Source: an uncultured bacterium
GTDB taxonomy: Bacteria > Nitrospirota > JACRHL01
Direction: 5' to 3'
Assembly: GCA_965371175.1 (NCBI GenBank)
Contig: CBDUXI010000002.1
Location: forward strand, 2,694-66,693
DNA length: 64,000 nucleotides
Shown here: one piece after another, positions 17,759-27,600 of the stretch
Layout of the letters: each line of letters opens with the position of its first letter
How positions within the stretch are numbered: position 1 is the stretch's first letter
Notes under the pieces: generated by a model
What the model was told of the DNA's origin: nothing
The model's database searches: none
What the model saw: the letters and a program-made list of their open reading frames with translations, nothing else
Translations under genes and position numbers: made by a program

Positions 17759-19273
17759 ATGACCCCCATAGGCGTTGATTTAGGCACCACCAATATCGTT
17801 GCCGCCTGGGTGGACGCAGCCGGCGAGTCGCGGGTGCTGTACGGCGAGAATGGCGAATCGCTCATCCCCTCCACGGTTCTGTTCGAATCGGCCAACGTGG
17901 TGCAGGTGGGCCGCGATCCGTTGCGGGATGGACCGCTCCAGCCCGACAGCTTTGCCATTCAAACCAAACGATGGCTGGGGAGGCCCCGCAGCTTTCTGTT
18001 TCATGGGCGCGAATATTCCGCAGTGGAGTTGGCCTCACTCATGCTGCGCAAGGTCGTGGCGCGGGCCAAGGAGCAACTGCAGGACGAGGTGGGTCCCGTT
18101 ACCCTGGCCATCCCCGCCCACTTTGACGTGGCCCAGCGCTCCGCCCTGCATCAGGTGGCCAAGCTTGCCGAGGTGGAACTGCACGGCATCGTCAGTGAGC
18201 CGGTGGCCGCAAGCCTCGCGTTTGGCGCCGACAAGGGCAGCGACCTGATCCACGACCTGGGAGACGGCATTCCCACGCTGGTGATCGATATGGGGGGCGG
18301 CACCATGGATATCTCCCTGGTGATCTGCACCCCCAACGTGATCGACGTACCGGTGGTGACGGGGGATGCCCATCTGGGCGGGATGGATTTTGATCGTGCG
18401 GTCTATTACCGGCTGTGCCATCACGTGCTGGACGAAGTGGGGATCGACCCCGCCGAGGTCCCCGAATTCCGTTACCGGCTGCTTGCCCTGGCCCGCTGGG
18501 GCAAGGAAAACCTGACCTTTAACGATGACGTGACCATCAAAATTCCCACCGACTGGTTACAGGGAGCCAACTGCCCGCCGCTGGTACTGACCCGGGAAGA
18601 GGCAGAAACCTTGTGGGAACCGGCCCTGTCCCGCGCGGAAGACGTCGTGGTGCGGGCCCTGTCCGAATGCCAGGAACAGGGCATCAACCCGCAGCGGCTG
18701 GTATTTTCCGGGGGCGGGTCACTGGTGCCGTCGTTCCGGGAGCGGATGCTGGACAACCTGTCCCACCTGTCCGCAGATATGGATCCGCTGTTGGGGCCGG
18801 ACGAGGCGGTGGCGGTGGGCGCCGCCTTGTACGGGCGGCTTACCTCCCCGGTTAACAAGGATTCTCCAGTGGTGGCCCCCACCCTGCACGAGCACCTGCC
18901 GTACGATCTGGGGGTGGCCGACGACGTGGGCCATCTGGTGGTGGTGGTGCCCAAAGGCACCCGCCTGCCCGGAGACGGGGTGCACGTGTTTACCACGGTG
19001 GAAGACGATCAGGATCAGGTGGTGTTCCGCATCGTACGCCGCGACGCAGACGGTCAGGTGACCTTGCTGGGAGAGTTGCGGCTGGACAATCTGCCCAAAC
19101 AGTCCCAGGGCACCCCGGACCTGAATGTGCGTTTCCAGGTGGACGCGCAGGGGGCGCTCAGTATTACCGCATGGGAGGGCGATCGTAGGCCGGTGAGCCT
19201 GAAAGTCTCTTTTTCCGGCGATTTAACTGCCCTGCGCCCGGCCCGCCGCGGCAAGCAACTCATCGTACTGTAG
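17759..19273 (+). CDS. Hsp70-family ATPase, truncated (no canonical substrate-binding lid)
   Basis: 'IGVDLGTTN' phosphate-1 motif plus the actin-fold NBD. Only 504 aa, against about 640 for DnaK. Confidence 0.7.
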   Translation: MTPIGVDLGTTNIVAAWVDAAGESRVLYGENGESLIPSTVLFESANVVQVGRDPLRDGPLQPDSFAIQTKRWLGRPRSFLFHGREYSAVELASLMLRKVVARAKEQLQDEVGPVTLAIPAHFDVAQRSALHQVAKLAEVELHGIVSEPVAASLAFGADKGSDLIHDLGDGIPTLVIDMGGGTMDISLVICTPNVIDVPVVTGDAHLGGMDFDRAVYYRLCHHVLDEVGIDPAEVPEFRYRLLALARWGKENLTFNDDVTIKIPTDWLQGANCPPLVLTREEAETLWEPALSRAEDVVVRALSECQEQGINPQRLVFSGGGSLVPSFRERMLDNLSHLSADMDPLLGPDEAVAVGAALYGRLTSPVNKDSPVVAPTLHEHLPYDLGVADDVGHLVVVVPKGTRLPGDGVHVFTTVEDDQDQVVFRIVRRDADGQVTLLGELRLDNLPKQSQGTPDLNVRFQVDAQGALSITAWEGDRRPVSLKVSFSGDLTALRPARRGKQLIVL

Positions 19274-19300
19274 CGGAGGTGGGTTTCCCGCACCGTTCTC

Positions 19301-20881
19301 ATGAGCGAAACCGCGATCAACCGTCTGGTACACGGGCTTTGCCAGCCTGAAGCCTATCCGCACCCGACCTACGATATCCGCACCATCGAAACCCATATTT
19401 CGCTGGTCTTTCTGACCGGCGACTTTGCCTACAAGATCAAAAAACCGGTCGACTTCGGCTTCATCGACTACACCACGTTAAAACGGCGCAAGCATTTTTG
19501 CGAAGAGGAAGTCCGTCTCAACCGGCGGCTGGCCCCGGAGATGTATCTGGATGTGGTGCCGGTAACAGGCGATCCCGACCACCCCCGCATCGGCCGTCCG
19601 GACGCACCCGAAAAAGCGTTTGAGTACGCGGTCAAAATGACCGAGTTTCCCCAGAAAGATCAATGGGACAAGCGGCTTGAAAGTGGGGATTTACAGGCCG
19701 CTGACATAGACCGTCTGGCGGACCTGATGGCCGACTTTCACGCCCAGGCGTTTGTGGCCGGACCTGCGGACGGCTACGGCGGGCCGGAACCGGTGCGGGC
19801 GGCGGTGATAGGTAATTTTGAGCTGACCAAAAAATTTGTGCCCGCTCTGATCGATCCTGACCGGTACCGGTTTTTGCGGGAATGGAGTGAGGCGTTCCTG
19901 ATCCGTCACCAGCCACAGATTGCCGGGCGGCTGGCGGACGGCTTTGTGCGCGAGTGCCATGGCGACGCGCACCTGCGTAACGTGGCCACGGTGAATGGCG
20001 ATATCGCCGTGTTTGACTGCATCGAGTTCAACCCGGTGTTGCGCTTTACCGATGTGATGGCCGAAATCGCCTTTACCGTGATGGATCTGGACTACCGGCA
20101 GCGTCCGGATCTGGCCAATCGTTTTTTAAATCGCTACCTGGAAACCGGGGGCGATTACGCCGGGCTGGCCGTGCTGCCGTTATACCTTTCCTACCGGGCG
20201 TACGTGCGGGCCAAGGTGGCGGCTTTGGGGCCGGACGGTGCGGACCGGCAGGCGTCGATCGACCGCCACCTGGCGCTGGCTGAGGGGTATTGCCGTGGGG
20301 CGCCTGCAGGCCTGATCCTCATGCACGGGGTCACCGGCACCGGAAAAACCACCCTGGCGGGACATCTGGCTACGGCGCTGGGGGCCGTGCGCATCCGCTC
20401 CGATGTAGAAAGAAAAAGGCTGGCCGGGGTGGGCCGGGGCCAGGCCGCTGCAGCGGTGGGAAAAGGGATCTACGATGCAGCCAGCACCGACCAGACCTAT
20501 AGCCGCTTGGCCGAGTTGGCAAAGACCGCACTGGACGCGGGCTTTGTGGTGATACTGGATGCCACCTATCTTGGCCACGCCCGGCGCACGCAGGTCTGCG
20601 CCGTGGCAGAGGCCGCCTCCGCACCGTGGGTGGTGGTCGATTGCAACGCCCCCCGAAAAACGCTGGAGCAGCGCATCAAACAGCGCGCACAAGCCGCCAC
20701 CGACCTGTCGGACGGTACCGTACAGGTGCTGGATGCACAGCTTGCCGAACGGGAACCGCTGACTGCCGTAGAGGCGCTCCGTACGGTTTCTGCCCACACC
20801 GACAAGTCCCGTCCCGAACAGGTGGCGGATGCAGTACGAACGGCCCTTTTTGATGTTTCGGCATCCGGAAAAAACCGGTGA
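19301..20881 (+). CDS. fusion protein: APH-like phosphotransferase domain + P-loop (AAA_33/gluconokinase-like) kinase domain
   Basis: The N-terminal half carries an APH-type Brenner motif 'HGDAHLRN' and 'IEFN'. The C-terminal half carries Walker A 'GVTGTGKTTLA'. The stop overlaps the dprA start (GTGA). Confidence 0.65.
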   Translation: MSETAINRLVHGLCQPEAYPHPTYDIRTIETHISLVFLTGDFAYKIKKPVDFGFIDYTTLKRRKHFCEEEVRLNRRLAPEMYLDVVPVTGDPDHPRIGRPDAPEKAFEYAVKMTEFPQKDQWDKRLESGDLQAADIDRLADLMADFHAQAFVAGPADGYGGPEPVRAAVIGNFELTKKFVPALIDPDRYRFLREWSEAFLIRHQPQIAGRLADGFVRECHGDAHLRNVATVNGDIAVFDCIEFNPVLRFTDVMAEIAFTVMDLDYRQRPDLANRFLNRYLETGGDYAGLAVLPLYLSYRAYVRAKVAALGPDGADRQASIDRHLALAEGYCRGAPAGLILMHGVTGTGKTTLAGHLATALGAVRIRSDVERKRLAGVGRGQAAAAVGKGIYDAASTDQTYSRLAELAKTALDAGFVVILDATYLGHARRTQVCAVAEAASAPWVVVDCNAPRKTLEQRIKQRAQAATDLSDGTVQVLDAQLAEREPLTAVEALRTVSAHTDKSRPEQVADAVRTALFDVSASGKNR

Positions 20882-22020
20882 ACCCGTTAAATTCCACAGT
20901 GGGTGCCGACGTGGCGGCCGCCCTCACCCTGTCTGCGCTTTCGGGGGTGGGGTCGATTGGGTATGCGCGTCTGATTGCGCGTTTCGGTAGTGCCGAGCAG
21001 GTATTGTGCGCTGGAAAAAAGAGGCTGATGGAGGAAGGGGAGGTGCGGGCGCCCCTGGCGACCCGCATTGCCCTGGCCACCCCGAACGAAATGACGCACC
21101 GGATCGTGGCGTGGGCCAAACGGACCGGGGTGCGTATTTTGCCGCTGGAAGATCGTGACTACCCGGAACAGCTTACCCGCATTGCCGATCCCCCCCCGGT
21201 GCTCTATGTAAAAGGAGACGGCCTTGCCCGCGTAGAAAGATCCGTGGGCGTGGTGGGTTCCCGCTGGATCAGCGCCTACGGCAAGCAGGTAACCCGGCAG
21301 TTTTGTGATACCTTTGCCCAAGCCGGGATGACGGTGGTGAGCGGTATGGCTCTGGGGGTGGATGGACACGCCCATCGGGCGGCGCTGGATGCGGGGGGCA
21401 ACACGGTAGCGGTGCTGGGCACCGGTCTGGATCGTCCGTACCCGCCGGAACACGCCCGGCTGTTTGACGAAATTGCCCAAAACTGTGCCGTCGTATCGGA
21501 ATTCCCCCCCGGAACCAAACCGCTGGGGGCGAACTTTCCCCGCCGTAACCGGGTGATCAGCGGACTGTCCATGGGGGTGGTGGTGGTGGAGGCCAAGCTC
21601 GACAGTGGCTCGCTGATTACCGCGCGCCTTGCGGCCGATCAGGGCCGGGAGGTGTATGCGGTGCCGGGCAACGTGGGGCAGCCCGGATCGGCCGGCACCA
21701 ACCGGTTGATTCGCGAAGGGGCGGCGCTGGTCACCTGTGGTGAGGAAGTGGTGGCCGATCTGTTGCCGCAACTGATAAACAGGGCCGCTTCCGCCACGGC
21801 AGGCCAGACAGAGGTGGATGACCGTGTTTCCGGTCTGCCGGAGTTTGAACAGCGTATCCTTAAGGAGTTGTCCACCGTGCCGGTGTCGATTGACATGCTG
21901 GCGGGTCGGCTGGAGGTGGAAGCGCCGCCTCTGCTAGGGTCGTTACTGGAAATGGAATTTGTCGGGTTGGTGGAAAAATTGCCGGGCAACCGGTATATTC
22001 GCCCGCCCGGACTGAATTAG
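20878..22020 (+). CDS. dprA: DNA-processing protein A (DprA/Smf)
   Basis: Rossmann-like DprA core 'VVGSR...GMALGVDGHAHRAAL...VLGTGLDRPYP'. Sits before topA as in many genomes. Confidence 0.85.
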   Translation: MNPLNSTVGADVAAALTLSALSGVGSIGYARLIARFGSAEQVLCAGKKRLMEEGEVRAPLATRIALATPNEMTHRIVAWAKRTGVRILPLEDRDYPEQLTRIADPPPVLYVKGDGLARVERSVGVVGSRWISAYGKQVTRQFCDTFAQAGMTVVSGMALGVDGHAHRAALDAGGNTVAVLGTGLDRPYPPEHARLFDEIAQNCAVVSEFPPGTKPLGANFPRRNRVISGLSMGVVVVEAKLDSGSLITARLAADQGREVYAVPGNVGQPGSAGTNRLIREGAALVTCGEEVVADLLPQLINRAASATAGQTEVDDRVSGLPEFEQRILKELSTVPVSIDMLAGRLEVEAPPLLGSLLEMEFVGLVEKLPGNRYIRPPGLN

Positions 22021-22030
22021 TAAATAAATG

Positions 22031-22056
22031 CTGCAAGCCATCAAGGCGGCTTGCAG
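22031..22056 (+). other. 9-bp perfect stem-loop (CTGCAAGCC-N8-GGCTTGCAG) between dprA and topA
   Basis: Seen in sequence. Followed by GTGCAATTTTAAG (short T-run). Possible attenuator or weak terminator. Confidence 0.35.
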
Positions 22057-22080
22057 GTGCAATTTTAAGATAAAAAAGTA

Positions 22081-24315
22081 ATGGCTAAATCACTCGTTAT
22101 TGTGGAGTCGCCCTCCAAGGCGCGCACCATCCAGAAGTACCTGGGCACGGACTATATTGTGAAGTCCAGCGTCGGGCATGTGCGCGACCTGCCGACCGAT
22201 GAAATCGGCATCGACATCGAAAACGGGTTTGTTCCCAAATATGTCACCATTTCCGGCAAGAAAAAGATCATGACGGAAATTCGCTCCGCCGCCAAAAAGG
22301 TGGAAAGCATCTATCTGGCCACAGATCCGGATCGCGAGGGAGAGGCCATTAGCTGGCATATTGCCGAGGCGTTGGGGGATGCCAAAAAGATGTTCCGGGT
22401 GCGCTTTAACGAGATCACCAAAAAGGCCATTTTAGACGGCATCGCCCACCCGTCCCGCATTGATATCGACATGGTGAATGCCCAGCAGGCCCGGCGCGTG
22501 CTGGACCGCATCGTCGGCTACCGTATTTCGCCTTTGTTGTGGGAAAAGGTAAAGCGGGGCCTGTCCGCAGGCCGGGTGCAGAGCGTGGCGGTGCGGCTGG
22601 TGGCCGAGCGCGAGGCCGAGGTGCGCGCCTTTGTGCCGGTGGAGTCGTGGTCGGTCAACGCCGCATTTGCCGGCCCCCCGGCGTTTGAGGCCAAGCTTTC
22701 CAAACTGGATGGCAAGACCGCCGCCGTCGCCGACGGCAAGACCGCTGAGAGCGTGGTCAAAGAACTGTCCGGCAACCCGTTTACCGTGTCGAAGGTCGCC
22801 AGAAAGGAAAAAAAACGCAACACCACGGCACCGTTTATCACCAGCAAACTCCAGCAGGACGCCGCCCGCAAACTGGGCTTTACCCCCAAAAAGACCATGG
22901 CGGTCGCCCAGCAGTTGTACGAAGGGCTGGAGTTGGACAGCGACGGACCGGTGGGTCTGATCACCTATATGCGGACCGACTCCACCCGTATCTCGGACGA
23001 TGCACTGCAAGCCGTCCGTGGGTTTATCGGGACCACTTACGGGGACGACTATCTGCCGGCAAAACCGAACGCCTTCAAGACCAAAAAAGGGGCTCAGGAT
23101 GCCCACGAGGCGATTCGCCCTACCGACGTAAGCCTGACGCCCGAGCAACTCAAAAAAGTTTTGTCCAACGACCAGTACCGGCTCTATCTGTTGATCTGGT
23201 CCCGCCTTGTGGCCTCCCAGATGGTGCCCGCAAGGTACGATGAAACCGGGGTGGACATGACCTGTGGCCGCGCCACCTTCCGCGCCACCGGCCGGGTGAT
23301 GACATTCGCCGGATTTACCAAGGTATATGTAGAACGGCAGGATCAGCGGGCCGAGGCGGCCGAAGAGGCGGAAGCAAAAAAAGGCGAGTTGCCCCGGCTG
23401 GAGGAAGGACAGCAACTGACCCCCGCAGGCATTACCCCCAAGCAGCACTTTACCCAGCCGCCCCCGCGCTTCAGCGAGGCGCTGCTGATCAAGGAACTGG
23501 AAGAGAAGGGCATTGGCCGCCCGTCCACCTACGCCGCCATTATCTCCACCATTCAGGACCGCAAGTATGTGGAAAAAAGGGAGAGCCGGCTGCATCCCAC
23601 CGATCTGGGAATCGTGGTCAACGACCTGTTGGTGACCCACTTTTCCAACATCGTCAGCGCCGAGTTTACCGCTCGCATGGAGCAGGAACTGGACGCGGTG
23701 GAGGAGGGGCACAAGGACTGGAAAGATTCCCTGAAAGACTTTTACGAGCCGTTCAGCAAAGACCTGGAAGCCGCCAAGGTCAACATGCGCAACATCAAGC
23801 GCGAGTCGATACCCACCGATATTGATTGCGAAAAATGCGGCAAAAAAATGGTCATTCGCTGGGGCCGCCACGGTCGTTTTCTGGCCTGTTCCACCTACCC
23901 CGAATGCAAGAGCACCGGAGAGTTTACCGAGGACGAACAGGGCAACATCAAGGTGGTGGAAGATGAGGTGGCGGACGTCAAGTGCCCCGAGTGCGGCAAG
24001 GACATGGTCATCAAAAATGGCAAATATGGCCGGTTTCTGGCCTGTACCGGCTACCCGGACTGCCGCACCACCCAGCCGATTCCCACCGGCGTAGCCTGCC
24101 CCAAAGACGGCTGCGGGGGCGATCTGATCGAAAAGCAGAGCCGCAAGGGCAAGGTGTTCTTTTCGTGCAGCAACTACCCCAAGTGTGACTTTGCCTCCTG
24201 GGATCGCCCGGTAGACAAAGCATGCCCCGACTGCGGCAGCCCGTATCTGGTGGAAAAAAAGTCGGGGATCGCTTGCCCGGTAAAGGCGTGCGGATATACC
24301 GAAAAAGCCGCTTAG
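22081..24315 (+). CDS. topA: DNA topoisomerase I with C-terminal zinc ribbons
   Basis: TOPRIM N-terminus '[18 protein letters not shown]'. Active-site Tyr region. Several C-terminal Cys4 motifs. Confidence 0.95.
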   Translation: MAKSLVIVESPSKARTIQKYLGTDYIVKSSVGHVRDLPTDEIGIDIENGFVPKYVTISGKKKIMTEIRSAAKKVESIYLATDPDREGEAISWHIAEALGDAKKMFRVRFNEITKKAILDGIAHPSRIDIDMVNAQQARRVLDRIVGYRISPLLWEKVKRGLSAGRVQSVAVRLVAEREAEVRAFVPVESWSVNAAFAGPPAFEAKLSKLDGKTAAVADGKTAESVVKELSGNPFTVSKVARKEKKRNTTAPFITSKLQQDAARKLGFTPKKTMAVAQQLYEGLELDSDGPVGLITYMRTDSTRISDDALQAVRGFIGTTYGDDYLPAKPNAFKTKKGAQDAHEAIRPTDVSLTPEQLKKVLSNDQYRLYLLIWSRLVASQMVPARYDETGVDMTCGRATFRATGRVMTFAGFTKVYVERQDQRAEAAEEAEAKKGELPRLEEGQQLTPAGITPKQHFTQPPPRFSEALLIKELEEKGIGRPSTYAAIISTIQDRKYVEKRESRLHPTDLGIVVNDLLVTHFSNIVSAEFTARMEQELDAVEEGHKDWKDSLKDFYEPFSKDLEAAKVNMRNIKRESIPTDIDCEKCGKKMVIRWGRHGRFLACSTYPECKSTGEFTEDEQGNIKVVEDEVADVKCPECGKDMVIKNGKYGRFLACTGYPDCRTTQPIPTGVACPKDGCGGDLIEKQSRKGKVFFSCSNYPKCDFASWDRPVDKACPDCGSPYLVEKKSGIACPVKACGYTEKAA

Positions 24316-24316
24316 G

Positions 24317-25639
24317 GTGGCAGCGGTCACCGTCATCGGCGGCGGGCTTGCCGGATCCGAGGCGGCCTGGCAGGCGGCCCGGGGGGGGCTTGCCGTTACC
24401 CTGATCGAAATGCGCCCGGTCACCTCCACCGCCGCCCACAAAACCGATGGCTTGGGAGAGCTGGTCTGCTCCAACTCGTTCAAGAGCGAGCAGCCGGGGT
24501 CGGTGCCGGGGCAATTAAAAGCCGAACTGACCGGGCTGGACTCCCTGATCATGGCGGCGGCGCAGGGTGCCCGGGTGCCAGCAGGTTCCGCCCTGGCGGT
24601 AGACCGGGAGCTGTTTTCCGCGCACATTTCCACGGCGATCGAACAGCACCCGGATATTCAGGTGGTCCGCAAGGAAGTGACGGAGATACCGGACGGCCCT
24701 GTCATCATCGCTACCGGGCCGCTTACGTCGCAGGCGTTGGGTGCCGCGCTGATTAAAAAAACCGGCGAGAAAGACCTGTACTTTTACGACGCCCTGGCCC
24801 CCATCGTGGCCGCCGAGTCAATCAACATGGACGTGGCGTTTCGTGCCTCTCGTTACGACCGGGGAGAAGACGCCGCCGGCGATTACCTGAACTGCCCCAT
24901 GGACCGGGATACCTATCATCGTTTTATCGACGAACTGCTGGCCGCCCGTACCGTGGCCCCGGCCGCATTCGAGGAGAAGGCGATCTATTTCGAGGGCTGC
25001 ATGCCCATCGAGGTGATGGCCTCGCGGGGGCGAGAGACCCTGGCCCACGGCCCGATGAAACCGGTGGGGCTGACCGACCCTGCCACCGGCGCACAGGCCT
25101 ACGCGGTGGTGCAGCTCCGGCAGGAAGATGCGGCCCGTGACTATTACAATCTGGTGGGGTTCCAGACCAAGATGGCCTACCCGGAGCAGGAACGGGTACT
25201 GCGCATGATTCCGGGGCTGGAAGAAGCCGAGTTTCTGCGTTTCGGGGCGGTGCACCGCAACACCTATCTGAACGCCCCGCGCTGCCTGACGGACCGCCTT
25301 ACCTTAAAGGGTACGGACGACACCTGGCTTGCAGGACAGATCACCGGTGTGGAAGGATATCTGGAGAGTACGGCCATGGGGCTGATGGCGGGCCGATGCG
25401 CCGTCGCCCGGCTGAGTGGACAGCCGTTCGCCATGCCGCCGGAAACCACGGCCATCGGCTCGCTATTGAGGTACCTGACCCATGCGGACCCGGAAAATTT
25501 TCAACCGATGAACGTCAATTTTGGTCTGTTCCCGCCGCTGGAGGTACGCCCGCGCAAAAGGGCTGAACGCCGCCTGGCTGTGATCGAGCGGGCACGGCAT
25601 GACTTTGACCAATGGACGGCCCGATGCAAGAGCGCGTAA
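24317..25639 (+). CDS. trmFO: methylenetetrahydrofolate--tRNA-(uracil54-C5)-methyltransferase (FADH2-dependent)
   Basis: GTG start 1 nt after the topA stop. FAD motif '[12 protein letters not shown]'. 'GELVCSNS' region. Size of 440 aa. Confidence 0.85.
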   Translation: MAAVTVIGGGLAGSEAAWQAARGGLAVTLIEMRPVTSTAAHKTDGLGELVCSNSFKSEQPGSVPGQLKAELTGLDSLIMAAAQGARVPAGSALAVDRELFSAHISTAIEQHPDIQVVRKEVTEIPDGPVIIATGPLTSQALGAALIKKTGEKDLYFYDALAPIVAAESINMDVAFRASRYDRGEDAAGDYLNCPMDRDTYHRFIDELLAARTVAPAAFEEKAIYFEGCMPIEVMASRGRETLAHGPMKPVGLTDPATGAQAYAVVQLRQEDAARDYYNLVGFQTKMAYPEQERVLRMIPGLEEAEFLRFGAVHRNTYLNAPRCLTDRLTLKGTDDTWLAGQITGVEGYLESTAMGLMAGRCAVARLSGQPFAMPPETTAIGSLLRYLTHADPENFQPMNVNFGLFPPLEVRPRKRAERRLAVIERARHDFDQWTARCKSA

Positions 25640-26562
25640 GCGAATTTCTTGCGCGGCTTTCCGCGCGGGGAAAATCCCCCCACACCGTACGGGCCTACGG
25701 GCGCGATCTGGCCCAGTTTGTGGACTTTCTTGCACAGGCCGAAGGTGCGGTTCCCCCCGCGCCCAACGTGACGCCGGGGATGGTGCGCGGCTTTGTGGCG
25801 CTGTTGTCAGAAAAAGGCGCCGCCGCCACCACCGTGGGACGCAAGCTGTCCGCCGTGCGCGGCTTGTTTGCGGAGCTTGCCGCGCGTGGGCAGATTGGCG
25901 TCGATCCGTGTTTGCGGATCAAATCGCCCAAACGGCCCCACCGGCTGCCCCGGGTGCTGGCTGCGGAACAGGTGGAAACACTGGTGACCACCCCGGATGG
26001 GGAAGACCGCCTTGCGGTGCGCGATCGGGCGCTGCTGGAAACCCTGTACGGCGCGGGCATCCGCGCTGCCGAACTTGCCGGGCTGGACCGGACCGACCTG
26101 CGCCTTGCCGAAGGGTTGATCCGGGTGACCGGAAAAGGCAGAAAGGAGCGCATCGTGCCGGTGGGAGAGAGTGCCCGGCAGGCGCTGGCCGATTACCTGG
26201 TCCTGTGGCCCCGGTGGCGGGAAAAGGGCGCCCGCGAGCCGGACCGCGCCCCCCTGTTTTTAAACCGGGACGGCAATCGCCTGACCACCCGCGGGCTGGC
26301 CTGGATACTGGCTCGCAGATTAAAAGAGAGTGGCCTGTTTACCCATGTATCGCCCCACGGCATGCGCCACTCATTTGCCACCCACCTGTTGGATGGCGGG
26401 GCGGACCTGCGCGCCATTCAGGAACTTTTGGGGCATGTGAGCCTGTCCACCACCCAGCGTTACACCCACGTTTCCACGGCCCAGGTGGAGGCCGCCTACG
26501 CCGCAGCGCACCCCCGTGCGGGTACGGGGCGCAAAAAAAATCGGGAGCAACAAACACCATGA
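25612..26562 (+). CDS. xerC: tyrosine recombinase XerC/XerD family
   Basis: N-terminal SAM-like '[10 protein letters not shown]'. Catalytic '[12 protein letters not shown]' and 'LLGH...TTQRYTHV'. Overlaps the trmFO 3' end. ATG 25624 is an alternative start. Confidence 0.85.
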   Translation: MDGPMQERVSEFLARLSARGKSPHTVRAYGRDLAQFVDFLAQAEGAVPPAPNVTPGMVRGFVALLSEKGAAATTVGRKLSAVRGLFAELAARGQIGVDPCLRIKSPKRPHRLPRVLAAEQVETLVTTPDGEDRLAVRDRALLETLYGAGIRAAELAGLDRTDLRLAEGLIRVTGKGRKERIVPVGESARQALADYLVLWPRWREKGAREPDRAPLFLNRDGNRLTTRGLAWILARRLKESGLFTHVSPHGMRHSFATHLLDGGADLRAIQELLGHVSLSTTQRYTHVSTAQVEAAYAAAHPRAGTGRKKNREQQTP

Positions 26563-27110
26563 CACAGAAAATGCCCACTTTTCACGCCACCACCGTGCTG
26601 GCCGTGCGCCATAACGGCAAAACAGCCATTGCCGGAGACGGTCAGGTGACCATGGGCGAGACGATCATGAAGGGACAGGCGGTCAAGGTGCGCAGACTGC
26701 ACGAAGACAAGGTGCTGGCCGGTTTCGCGGGCGCCGCCGCCGACGCCTTTACCCTGTTTGAGCGGTTTGAGGGCAAGCTGGCCGAGTACCGGGGCAACCT
26801 GACCCGCGCCTCGGTGGAGTTGGCCAAGGAATGGCGTAGCGACCGGGTGCTCCGGCGGCTGGAGGCGCTGCTTGCGGTCGCCGATCTGGAGCACGTCCTG
26901 CTGGTGTCCGGCACCGGCGACGTAATCGAGCCGGATGACGGCCTGATTGCCATCGGCTCGGGCGGACCGTACGCCCTGGCCGCCGCCCGGGGGCTGGTGA
27001 CGCACTCCAACCTGGATGCCGGGGGCATCGCCAAAGCCGCCCTCACCATTGCCGGTGAAATTTGCATCTACACCAATACCAACATCCAGGTGGAAACCCT
27101 GTCCGGGTGA
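26559..27110 (+). CDS. hslV: ATP-dependent protease subunit HslV
   Basis: '[21 protein letters not shown]' (N-terminal Thr nucleophile after Met removal). ATGA overlap with the xerC stop. No hslU follows. Confidence 0.9.
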   Translation: MTQKMPTFHATTVLAVRHNGKTAIAGDGQVTMGETIMKGQAVKVRRLHEDKVLAGFAGAAADAFTLFERFEGKLAEYRGNLTRASVELAKEWRSDRVLRRLEALLAVADLEHVLLVSGTGDVIEPDDGLIAIGSGGPYALAAARGLVTHSNLDAGGIAKAALTIAGEICIYTNTNIQVETLSG

Positions 27111-27215
27111 TCCGGGTGTGATTGTTAATTATACAGTTTTGTGTGAGCGTTGCCGATAAGAGACCGGGGGTATGTACCGTTCGAAAAAAAATTTGGACCG
27201 GATACGAAAGCCGCA

Positions 27216-27586
27216 TGAAAAAACGCCCCGTCAAACGCATTACCAATCAGATGAACCGGGAAAAACGCGTGGAAGTGCGGGTACGCGCCGATGTGGCCAT
27301 CCGCGTGACCGTGACGCACGCCGAGTCGGGAAAAAAGATCCACGGTTGGGTGCTAAACCTGAGCCGTGGCGGCCTGCTGGTACAGACCACGGAACGGTTT
27401 CCCCAGGAGACAGCGGTGCATGTCAGTGCCCTGGCCCGGGACGGCCAGACCCTGTTTCGCATCCAGCTGAACGGCTGGGTGGTGCGTAATAGCGAGGACG
27501 GCATGGGCATTCAGCTGGACGAGCCGGAAACAGAAATGGACAAGGTGATCCAGCATCTGCTGGCCCGCTTTTCCCAGGCCGCTTAA
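27216..27586 (+). CDS. PilZ-domain (c-di-GMP-binding) protein
   Basis: 'RVEVR' RxxxR motif and 'NLSRGG' (D/NxSxxG). Start chosen at ATG 27216; the track ORF extends to 27122. Confidence 0.6.
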
Positions 27587-27600
27587 AAGCGCGCCGCGCT

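Noticed and set aside
20887-21771. 294-aa minus-strand ORF
   Set aside because: Antisense to dprA. Arg/Pro/Gly-rich, no domain.
22432-24633. 733-aa minus-strand ORF
   Set aside because: Antisense to topA and trmFO. Typical spurious long ORF in high-GC DNA, with no recognisable motifs.
25599-27110. 503-aa ORF in the track
   Set aside because: Frame artefact. It runs out of frame through xerC and only its last 183 codons (26559..27110) are the real hslV.
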